Below are positions 13,201-24,004 of a stretch of DNA of 64,000 nucleotides, one piece after another (within the stretch, counting starts at the first letter, position 1; every line of letters begins with the position of its first letter). Source of the stretch: Lingula anatina (lineage: Eukaryota; Animalia; Brachiopoda); assembly GCA_051362555.1 (NCBI GenBank), contig CM120641.1, positions 37,144,401 through 37,208,400 of the forward strand, written 5' to 3'. The notes under the pieces were generated by a model that did no database searches, was not told the DNA's origin, and saw only the letters and a program-made list of their open reading frames with translations. Both the position numbers and the translations under genes were made by a program.

Positions 13201-15836
13201 CTGTCAGGAAATAACTCTGGGTCCGCCCCTGTACTTGGCTGATTAATGTGCATATGGAAAGAAAATTAGTAAGTAAAATTATTAACTGCATGGATAATTC
13301 TTACACTTGATAAACTAACATTGAATTTGTATTCATGTATATATTCTAATTACCTAGCTTATCCAAATATTCTTTGTTGCTGCCTTTGCTCATCAGGTAC
13401 ACATTTGCTCCCTAACTGACATACTGTGTTTCTGATTTATTGCTTATTTTGTTTTTGAGGGTATTAGCATGTTTTTTTTTAAATTCTATTCTCAGTCATT
13501 TGAATGCACATGCACACATACCAGTAATACCAGTACACTATGTATATTCAAATAGGGTGTGCTGAAGTGAAGATTGCTGAAATTTTCGGGAAAATTTATT
13601 CTTTGTCTAGTTGACTGGTTCTCCTACATGTACCTTGAAATTATATTGCAAAATTTAATCGTTTGACTGGGTATCCCACACTTATTGTTGAGGTTAAGAT
13701 TTTTTCATCAAAACATTAAAGTCCCAAGTGGTTGTTTAGATAAATTGTCTTTATCATTGTGTCAATTAATGTATGTGCTTGTTACATCCACAGGGTTGCA
13801 CCAGTACTTCAAAGGTCCAATAGAATGCATGAGAGCCTTGTATAAACATGGAGGAATACAAAGTCTGTATCGTGGAAACTGCATAATGTTTATGCGGGAC
13901 ATTCCTGCTCAGGTTCTGTACATGGGAACTTTTGAGGGAATGCAGGATGTTTTGCATGTCTACGATATCATAACCCGTGGTGCTGTGTTGTCGCACTTGC
14001 TCTCAGGTGGAATGGCGGGTGTGATCAGCTGGTTGGCTATAATGCCAGCAGATATTGTAAAAAGCCGTCTACAGGCAGACCACAGTGCACACACCAAGAT
14101 ATACTCTGGAACTTTGAACTGTATATCTAAGATGTATGTGGAGGGTGGACTGAGAATTTTTTACACCGGGTCTTTGGTGACTGCCATTAGAGCTTTCCCT
14201 GTCAATGCAATAATCCTAGCTGTGTATAGCCAATCACTGATTTATATGAAGGGAAAGGAGAAATGATACTTGAACAAACTTTGAACAATATTTAAAGCAA
14301 GTGTAATATTGTAGTGCCCACTTCTATCAAAGAAAATGTTCTTAAGGACTTAATTTGGTTGAAATTAGTCATATTATCACATCTTACAAATATTACAAAA
14401 TAAAAGTTATATGTCTTAATTTAATTGATAGGAAGAAATGTAAAAAAAATTACTGATCTTTACCATTTTGGATCTATGTAGAGCTATATATCACTCTTCC
14501 TCTCACATGCCTCCCCACTTGTCGTCCCTGCAGAGGCACAGTTTACACTTGGATATTTTCTAAACACCAATATTGAGCTATCTGATCTTACTAATAAACT
14601 TCTTTGCATCAGTCAGATGAAATTTCTTTGTGGTCAATAAAAGAATTGCATAGAAGATTACCTAATTACAAGAACAAAACAAATCAAGACCTGAAGTTGA
14701 AAGCCAGTTGCACAACTTCTTGTATGTATTAAAACTGCATCAGATATGTTTTCTTGTTTACAGTGAATGGAGTGGAAGTTAATATTAATACCAGTTATGC
14801 ATGTGGTTAAACTTGAGATCCCTTGATTCCTATGACGAGTATCTTTAATCCAGTTTTGTGGAATATTGTTTTGTAATTCTCCCAGGGTTAAACAGTCCTG
14901 AGAAACAATAATTGCTGTTTGTGACTTGGATCCTGGGGTTTGTGATTGCGATCACCGATTCAAGATTTCACGTTGATTTCCTGTTGTGATCAAAAAATGT
15001 TTGTTGCAAGCACCACAATATAAACCGCGAATGATTTAGCCAGCTTTTATCCAGGTCTCTCACTGTTTACATAAGGGTTCTTTTTCATGAGCTTTATGTG
15101 CTGACAATAATCTGTGGCATATACAGAACATGCCGAATGGGAAGGTGCCAAATGCACCATGAAATTACATTTTAAGTCATTTATTCTGTGATCACAATCA
15201 CAAATCTGCTGTTTAAAGTAACAAACAGTAATTTCATTTATATGGCCTGTTAAATATATCATGATATGAAATTGAGCTTAGAATTGTGGTCTTTTTTTTT
15301 TAATTTTAGAGAAGACTCGTTCTGGGTACTTCAAGGGGCCTTTGGAATGCATGAGCAGCATATACAGACAGTGTGGCATAAAGGGCATGTATCGTGGTAT
15401 GTACAGCATGGCATGGAGAGACATTCCAGCTTATGGGCTTTATCTTCTTGTCTATGAGGCAATGTACGATGGTATGCAAAGAACACAGTGGTTTGACAAG
15501 CATGGAATTTTTGCTAGTCTTTTTGCTGGTGGATGGGCAGGGGTCATATCATGGTCAGTCATCATCCCTTTTGATGTGATAAAAAGTCGCATCCAGGCAG
15601 ACATGCATGGCCTGGTTTATAAAAGCACCACTGATTGTATACGGAAGACATACCAAGAAGGAGGGTATAGAATTTTTTTCACAGGGCTAGTTGTAACTGC
15701 CATTAGAGGGTTTCCTACTTGTGCTGTTACATTCCTAGGGTATTCACAAGCTTTAAGGTACCTAAACCAAATCCACGCAGAACCAGAAACCATTTGTCAT
15801 CAGCCAGAGATTGTTAGTGCTGAGGTTGTCAAGTAA
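10273..15836 (+). CDS. Mitochondrial carrier, SLC25A45/47/48-like, with two alternative terminal exons (isoforms ~294 and ~312 aa)
   Basis: Shared exons 10273-10321 (MDATGGVNDYIAGCLG), 10705-10748 (GIAGLVVGHPFDTTK), 11359-11439 and 11869-12106 (GRGFFRGLSFPL...QPSYRDIYIAGCIGG...PVDVVK, ending in phase 1). These join either 13794-14266 or 15310-15836. The first two intron positions match the SLC25A29 neighbour. Confidence 0.88.
12281..13231. mobile_element. Two ~167-bp MITE copies in inverted orientation (12281-12447 and 13064-13231)
   Basis: Both have CAGGGGCGGA...TC(C/T)GCCCCTG termini, and their interiors are reverse complements of each other. The second copy is flanked by a 5-bp TACTT duplication. 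Confidence 0.85.
13794..14266 (+). CDS. Alternative terminal exon A of the SLC25A45-like carrier (helices H4-H6)
   Basis: Phase-1 acceptor CCACAG|GG TTG. Open frame YFKGPIEC...MRDIP...PADIVKSRLQAD...IRAFPVN...stop. AATAAA at about 14399 and 14593. Confidence 0.85.
15310..15836 (+). CDS. Alternative terminal exon B of the SLC25A45-like carrier (helices H4-H6)
   Basis: Phase-1 acceptor TTTTAG|AG AAG. Open frame YFKGPLEC...WRDIP...PFDVIKSRIQAD...IRGFPTC...stop. AATAAA downstream (about 16125 and 16423). Confidence 0.87.
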
Positions 15837-18672
15837 AAAATTGCCAGCTTAAGGAAAACATTACTATGTCGTTTTTTGATAGCTATAAAATACCGGATTC
15901 ATTGTTCAGCAGATTATTATTTTTGGTGTTTCAAAAAAAAAAAAAAAAAATTGAAGAAAAGAAAGAAAAAGAGAGCTAACCCCATGCACATCAATTGATT
16001 CCATTGATATAGGTGTTATGGCAGCCTTTAAATTACAAACTCAGGAAATTTTAATGTTATATATAAACAGCAGCACGTAGTAAATTTTTTCTTCTTCCTA
16101 AATGATTAAGATTACTTGGAGGTAAATAAATTAGTTTAGATATGTTGAATAAGTGTTTCAATCAACTTTTGTTTACATGCAAGAAGTAAGTTATTTAGTT
16201 ATAGAATTATTTTATGAACAATTCATGAGATTAACTTCTTCATGACATGTACAATCATTAGAATAATAGTATGTTTAATTTATAAATATTTTATCATCAT
16301 TATGGCATTCTTTAAGGAGGAATATGATATTTGTTCTGCTAAAATGACAGTAGATTTGAAGTATGTTTTGTAGTTTGTATTTTTTAAGCCCATTAGTAGT
16401 GTAGTTTCTATGTTTATTGGTCAATAAAATGCCATTTTTATTGCATTTTTATGTATTACATTGCCATAATATATGTATTTCATGTTACATTTTTACAAAA
16501 GGAAATGCATATGATTACATGCATTTAAAAGTTTTCAAGAATTCTTTATAAGTGTAAATGTGGGTTTCACATAACAAACACACCAAAATATGCGAGTACC
16601 AGTCATCTCACTCCATTCTGTGGTATACATTAGTAAGTGGGTGAAATATTGACAACAGCAGACTAACATATCCGGGGATCAAATGTGGCTGACCCAATTG
16701 AAAGCTTGTTGCATTATCCCTGCGGAGAATCTATTCATCGTCAATTATGGGATTTATGTGGCAAGCTTTTAAGTGGGTTCCCATTTTTAATATGCGGGTC
16801 TGTAAGTCTGCTGTTGTGAATTCAGCCAATGTGACCCACCAGTAGAGACCAGGTATGACCAGGGTTTACTGTGATAAATCGCATAATTCACTGTCTCTGA
16901 GGGAAAATTAGGTCTGTGCAAACTGAATTTCTTGTGGGACCAAAGAAAGGGGCTTTGTATAATGTTGGGTATTGCTCTGGCAATTCTATGATAACACCTA
17001 AAGAGTGCCATGGAAATATTTGATGAATTTTATGAGTTAAAAGTCATAGCATATATGTCTACACATGCACATTTGATAATGTTATGGAAGTCCAAATTAA
17101 AGGCTTGGTTAAGACATACTTAACCAAAGATATATAAATATAAACATACAAAAACACTAGTTTGCTCAAATTACTAATTTCCCTTAGTATAGATCTTCCT
17201 TTATTACTATACAGATATTTAGATTCCGTAACAGCACTTTTTATGACAAAAGAAGTTGTTACCATTCTTCTTTTAACAGGCATGAAAGACCTGTTTTAAA
17301 GTTTTCAAGTCAGTAATGTTATGCTTTAATGCTTTTTCTTGCTAGAACATTTTTGAGTTGACAGTATAACTTGTTTATTTTAGAACAAATATCAGATGAA
17401 CATGAACTGAAGCAACCAATAAGGCTGCTAGATTTTGTTCCCATTATTATTTAATAATTAATTATGTGGTAATAAAAATAACTTTATTTGCTTATTTTTC
17501 TAGCCTAGCATATGCTTTTTCTTTGGTTATTTGATATTTATTGAACAATTTGCACATGCTCAGTATATGGAATATGATATGATATACAAAAATATTGTTG
17601 ATCTTATGAGATTATTTTCAAAAATTAATGCAAAAAGTTTCTTTATTTAATATATTATATGCACATTTCTAGTGAATGAAGTCACATTTTCTGCCAAATA
17701 TTACTTGACTTTTAAAAGTGGAAGAATGTTTTTATTATTATTATTATTATTTTTTTTTTTAGTTTGGAAAGGTTATTCAGGTATCTTAAGTTTGTTCATA
17801 TTACATGAGATGACATGAATTGCCAATTACAGAATCTGATGTTAACTGTATAAAATCCACCAAAGCATGACTTACCAATGAACATAATATTTGAACTACA
17901 GCATTTTGTGTTTCATTTCAATTGCGTAATAAATGGATATCTGTTAACTGGAAATTTGATATTGTTATTTGTTATACAAAAAAATTAATTCACTTATTGT
18001 GCCATGTAAAGAATTATGATTCACTTAAAAGCTTACCTTTAAATAAAAACGATTGCAAAAATTACTTCTTAGTCAATGCTAAACCTCCACTATTTATTTT
18101 GTGAAATTAGAATGTCATGTGTTCCTTTTTTAAATTAAATCTAAACTTCCAGAGCACACTAACAACTTACCAGATAAATAATCATTATTGGTCCCATCAC
18201 TATCATTTCTTATTAAAATGCTTTTGGCTTATATTGTTACATCAAATATCACTTTTCATACACCAGTTGCTACTAGGCGACTTTTCTCACCAGATTCATC
18301 ATGTCCAATGAGTGTTCTATCTTTCAACCTGCTGGAATTCTTCTTTTGTCATCCTTCTTATGCCCGTTAGGGTGTCGAGGGGAGAACTAAAAATGCAGTT
18401 TCCACAAATATAGCTTCACAGAAAACGGGCATGACATAACATTAATGTTGACTGCACTACTATTGCTCATGTAAGTCGTGTCATGTTACAAAAAAGTTGT
18501 TGTTAGAAATGATCCAAATACAGGTATTCCAAATGTACAAAGGCCATAAATGGTTTCTGCATAATTATTTTTGCAAAATCTGAATCTCAACCCTCTCCTT
18601 TGTTATTTCATTCCTTTAAGTCATACTGCATAGATGTCACTTTTGAGAAGAACATATCCTCATGAGATGTAG

Positions 18673-21054
18673 TTATAGAAATATAGTATTTTCTCCATAA
18701 AAATACAAATATCCTATAAAGACTGAGGTAAATAAAATTACTGATAACAGCATTGTTTTTCTGTTTTCTTTTCTTAAATTTGCCATGTCCTTGTCTGAAA
18801 TGGAAAGAAAAAAAACGGAAAATAAGACTTTCACATTGTTGAATATTAAGGTTTTTTTTTTTATTTGAGGTATATGATATCAAAGAAAACAAAATATAAA
18901 TAAACTGCAATAATGATGATAGTAATGTACATTGTGGAGTTATTGTGCTTATACCCACCATACTGAGCAATTGTTTTCTTTAGGACTTTTTCTTCCGCAA
19001 GTAAACTGTTTCTGAAAAGATAATTGAGGTATGCTAAAAAACAGGGCAAACATCAAGAAATTACTGAGATTGAGAGACATTTTATGATTGTTTTATATGT
19101 AAAAGTTTAAGTCTTGAGAAATATGCAAAAAAAGCATAGTTCAAATGTCATTACATTCTGATCCATTCACCATTATTACACATGCTTTGTAACATGATGA
19201 AACACTCAAATTCTGAACTTCGCTTACAAAGTTAGCTTTTTTATCACTTCTATTTCTGTTTTCACCAAGTGTCAAAATTAAGGGTCAGAGAAGCACAAAA
19301 TGAGTGTGTTTGTATAGTGTAGTATCAGAAACTGTAAATAGGAGTACTAACGCATAAATTTTGTGATAGGGTCAGAGCAGAAACTATGAACATAAGCCGT
19401 GAATTATGCAAGTTTGTAACTGTTATATAGCCAGGTTAATAGATGCAGGGACCTGGCAGATTCATGCAATTAACCAGGTGTTATTGTTTCTACAAGTGGA
19501 TGGATTTACTAAATTGAAGATATCTTAATTAGAAGCAAAATGCAGTGCCTTTGCAACAGTGTCAGACAACTTGTAAAATTGAGGGAAAAGGGGAAAATTG
19601 ATCCAAAGCTGCACTGGCTATTGGAGAACATTTTTCAGTTACCTTAAACTCTTTCGTTCTGACCCAAAACCAACAGTGAATAGGAAAATAAAAACAGAGG
19701 GCCTAAGGTAGCACGAAAACTCATGCGTTAGCACTCCTATTGATGATTCTGATATGTATTGGCTGTGCAATGCTGTGCCAGTACATTTCAAAATTGTCGA
19801 TAGGAGTGCCAGTACATATCAGAATCGTCAATAGGAGTGCTAACGCATGAATTTTCGTGCCAGGCCTAAGGCTGATTACTCATACTATGAAACCTTGCCT
19901 TTCGTTATCTGCCAACTCTTCCAACCTTAACAACCTCTCTATTTTATCTAATCTATGTTCACATTCTGCGACATTTGCTTGCACTTGCTCCAGCTGCAAA
20001 TAAAAAAATAAATTCTGTCAAATGTTTGAATCAATGTTAGGTAGATCACAATCCGCTAGGGGCGCTACAGTCGTAACTGTCCACGGGTAGTGAAGTGTAA
20101 AACTGAAGTCGGCCTGCTGACAGTTCGCCTATGGAACCCCTTTTTTAAATCTCTCTTTTAGAGCCGCGTAAAAAAAACTAATACAAGCCATTAACTAAAT
20201 AAGTTGTAAATCAAAGAGTAAAATCTGGTCACGTGATTTTCCCATGTTGCAGTCTTTGACAAGTTTCGGTTCTGCTTGTTTTAAGCTTTGCCTCTACAAA
20301 ATGCTAAAAAATTTCAGGCAAGTGCTGGTATCATCTTTTTGAAATTTATATCCAGCAAAGTTTATGAAATTTGCTATATTATGTAGAAAAATCATGAAAT
20401 TTGAAGGTTGCGAAGTATAGTTAATTTAATCCGCAATATTACATGATGTGAAAATTATCACAGGGAAATAGCTTTGCCCTGATTAGTCACAGGCTATGTG
20501 AGCCAGACAATAGGCTGAGCACACAAAGACACACAGGGTGCTCTGCTGCGCCTGAGTGATCACTGCTGGTGAGTGGGCACAGGTTTTGAGCTGAGAAGTG
20601 TGGACACTTTTGGTGGATTTTTGCAGTTAAAAAACTTCAATATCTTTGTTGCTTGTAGGAATATTTAAAAAATTCCAAATGATTTCATCCGGTTTTTGCA
20701 TTACCTTTCAGATGATATAAGTATTTTAATTTTCTGATCAGTTTGAAAATTTTTCTGATATACCTATCAATGTGCCGAAACTGATTCATATACTGGTAAC
20801 TCCGCGGCGAAGTGATATGAAGTAAACATGACAACAGTAACCTTAAAACGTTAAGTTCCACTTTGGGGAATTTCAACAGATAAGTGATTTACCAATCATG
20901 ATGCATGTTTAATATTACATTAGCACAATTTGGATGGTAAATTAATATAAATGTACTGACATTGTATTTTGAACGTTTTTAGAAAATTCTTTTGATATCA
21001 TTTAGAAATAATCTTTAAAAATTCACTTTTTACCTGTTGAACGATAGTTGGCAT
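18673..21054 (-). CDS. CCDC167: Coiled-coil domain-containing protein 167 (~96 aa, C-terminal TM); not in the ORF track as a whole
   Basis: Exons 21034-21054 (MPTIVQQ), 19899-19993 (LEQVQANVAECEHRLDKIERLLRLEELADNE, GC donor), 18959-19011 (RNSLLAEEKVLKKTIAQY) and 18673-18794 (DKDMANLRKENRKTMLLSVILFTSVFIGYLYF...stop). LRKENRKTMLLSV matches the recalled human LRQENRKNMLLSV. Confidence 0.85.
19709..19862. mobile_element. Foldback MITE with ~55-bp arms and a 9-bp flanking direct repeat
   Basis: GGCCTAAGG|TAGCACGAAAACTCATGCGTTAGCACTCCTATTG...CAATAGGAGTGCTAACGCATGAATTTTCGTGCCA|GGCCTAAGG. A partial copy lies near 19337-19366. Confidence 0.75.
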
Positions 21055-22234
21055 TCTTGAGTTTCCAAATAAATAACGTTATAAACATCAATTGTATAAA
21101 CAAGTAAATGCAGGCTCCCAAAATATTTCAAATCGGTTTGTTTTGAAGATTTCCCCATACACGTGTCCATTTGTGTGGTTTACTTTCCTGTCTCTAATGA
21201 TAAAAGAGCGTATCGCTGTCCAGATAGAAGCTGGTCAAGATCCATGTTATGTCGTTCGTTATTTTTGTAGCATTGTCAACATATTTGAAAATACAAATGC
21301 TACGTGGAATTTTACTATCAAATAGCAGACTGCATTTCTATGCGAGAAAAGAAGGCAATTTCTCGTCAAGTGAGTCGTCCTCTTTGATGCCACCTGGCGC
21401 CTCTATGAGATACTAATATGCAAGGACAACACTTTGAACAAAAATTCAGGTAACCTCTTTTAGTTTCATAAGTGTCGGTAGCACTTTTTATAAGACTATT
21501 ACTATTTGCTTATAGAAATAGAACATATGTATTTGCTTTGGCACTCTTTATATCACACCTAATAGCAATTCATATGCATGCTTGTCTCGGCTTTTTAACT
21601 AGTGTCCTCATGTACACTATTTGATGTACTTATCTTGTACTACAATAGTAATGCAGGGATTCCACTGTGCAACCAAAGGTCGTGCATGTATCCATGACAA
21701 GGAAAACTTGTACGTAGACTGTTTAGAGTGTCTTACCTAAGAAGAATACTTAGGGAAAATGAAAAACTAGTGATATGTTTGCCAGTGCAATGTACTGTAG
21801 TTGTGTAAACATTAACATGCTGTCCATACAAATGATTTAAGGATTTGAAATCAATATTTTAACTTTTCAACCTGTATTAGTGTACACACTAATATCGATT
21901 TTGCCACTAGTGCCTGTAAATGTTGTATTGAATGTTTCTGTCTATGTGACCTTATATACTGATGCTGGGGTGTAATATTGACCTGACCTTAACCACAACC
22001 AACTTGAAGGTGAAGGTTTGAAATGCCATCTCAAATTGGATTTAGTAAGAATAACAAATCTCGGAAGAGTTTTTTACAAAACAGCTCAAAAGTAAATGAA
22101 TTGAGAAATCATGAATTAGAGAAATCAGAAAAAATTGGTTTCTGCAATGATTTGAGTGAAAATAAAAATTAAAAGAACAAATTTCCAAGATGTAATAAAG
22201 ACAATATGGATGAAGTTAAATATTAGATTATATA

Positions 22235-22912
22235 TTACTGTACATAACACAAATTTTTTGGAGAATTAAAAATGTGGGTTTTTAAAAGAGATTTAAAATG
22301 GTCAAAGTCTTCTGTTTTTGTAATAAAATTTGGTAGGGCATTCCACACTTTTGGGGCGTAGATTATAAAAGCACGATCTCCATAACTTTTGAGGCACCCC
22401 TTCTCTAAAACAGAATGTTCTAAAATAAAATCATTCTCAGTATTAAAATGTGTGGACCGCCGTGGTAAGTTAAAACAGATAAGATCAGATAAATATAATG
22501 GTCCTTGTGAATGGATCGCCTTAAAAATAATACAAAGTACTTTAAAATCAATCCTCTGCTTCACAGGCAGCCAGTGTAATTCTTTCAGAATGGGATTGAT
22601 ATGGTGTGTACTATTGCACTTAATTTGACAAACCAGTCTTGCAGCTGAGTTTTGAATAACTTGTAACTTTTTAATCTGATAGTCACAAATACCAAAGAGG
22701 AGACTGTTGCAGTAATCTAATCTTGATGATATAAATGCATGTACTAATTTTTCAGTGGTTTTGTTATCTAACACTTTCCTTATTTTTCCAATGCGCCATA
22801 GTGCATAAGATGCTGATTTACACACTTCAGATGCACGCTTCCCCATAGTGCCATTTTCATCGAGGGTAACTCCCAGATCTTTTACAGAACTAGATGGTTT
22901 TATAAGAATTTA
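22235..22912 (-). mobile_element. 5'-truncated non-LTR retrotransposon (CR1/L2-group) ORF2 C-terminus
   Basis: Reads VKDLGVTLD...HAFISSRLDYCNSLL...LQVIQNSAARLV...LKELHWLPVKQRIDFK...YGDRAF..APKVWNALP..FKSLLKTH, which is the typical post-RT region of L2/CR1-group LINEs. Confidence 0.9.
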
Positions 22913-22915
22913 GCT

Positions 22916-23182
22916 GTAGATCGGACCACACTACCCGTTTTCAAGGTGTGCATCAGTATGCGCTTAGAAGTATCAGACACAACCCTGCTCTTGTCTAGTA
23001 CGAGATGTGATAGTGATGATTCTCAGCAGGGTTGGAAAGTATTGCATCACCACTCAAAATTTGTTCAGGGTATGATTCTGTGAAATGCGTACTGACGCAC
23101 ACCTTGAAAACGGGTAGTGTGGTCCAATCTACTGGTGAATTTGGGATCATTCGGTCCTGAGTCTGGTAGTTGGGTAGGCCTG
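22916..23182. mobile_element. Left-truncated copy of the CAGGCC-terminal palindromic MITE
   Basis: Matches 50012-50272 (GGACCACACTACCCGTTTTCAAGGTGTG...CTGGTAGTTGGGTAGGCCTG). It abuts the truncation point of the LINE. Confidence 0.85.
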
Positions 23183-24004
23183 AAGAAGATGTTCACTGTA
23201 CCTTAAGCTCAGTGCATCTTTGTAATAGAAACAAGCTTAAGGCCACTCATATGTTCTGGTTTAAATGTCATTATTATCATCATATAAAATGTCAGGAGTC
23301 AAAAATATGATGCAGTCGTGACATATGTGTCAAACACATGTTTTGATATCACACTGCCATAGGTATGTTTCATCTCATGCCAATATTAATTTTATGTCTC
23401 ATATGAATTGAGTTTGATGACCTTATTGATTTTTCACACAGTCTATGCAGCCAGAGGTACAGTGATCTGCGAATGGCTTGTCATGATGGATTACGAGTAA
23501 ATGTACTAGTATCCAAGCAATAAAGTGGGAGAGAAAAAATCCAGGACTGGAGAAAAAGGATGAAGTTAGATCCCCAGTATTTCTACTCAGAAGTGTTTAT
23601 GTGTAAGTATAGACACATTCGCAACTATTGTTGAACAAACAGCTGTATTATAGAAGTATTCATCCCTTTGTCATGTTATTGATTAACTTGGTGTGGTCTT
23701 GTACTGGGTAGCTTTCCCAGAAACAGCAGTAGGATATTGCCTGCCAATCAGTGGCAATATTTTTTTTTGAGGTAAGGTGTATGATTATTTAGTTTGTTGC
23801 TCTGATCATGACATTGAAATTTTTTTATATGAAAATGTTGTCTTTCCTGATGCATTTGTGTAAAATTTTGCACAAACTGATCAAAAATAGTATAAATAAT
23901 GACAGTAATGCTCTCTTTGCTGTGTTGCTAAAAGGTATGGGGGTAGATCTTTGTATCAAAACAGTTCAAAATTTATTACAGCGATTGCTAATTTGTCTCA
24001 CTGT

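Noticed and set aside
13685-15836. Two separate single-exon carrier genes, as the ORF track suggests
   Set aside because: Each ORF covers only H4-H6, starts at a non-ATG or intronic codon, and has a phase-1 acceptor matching the shared upstream exon.
18236-18390. Possible extra minus-strand exon downstream of CCDC167 (SPLDTLTGIRRMTKEEFQQVER*)
   Set aside because: It lies after the CCDC167 stop, I found no convincing in-frame upstream partner, and no family is recognised. It is probably 3' UTR.
20040-20850. CpG-richer block in CCDC167 intron 1 with a CTCF-like CCGCTAGGGGCGC
   Set aside because: The motif is one G short of consensus, and the block looks like a decayed transposon whose ends I could not define.
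22235-22846. 203-aa ORF as a host gene
   Set aside because: It carries LINE ORF2 C-terminal motifs and is 5'-truncated.
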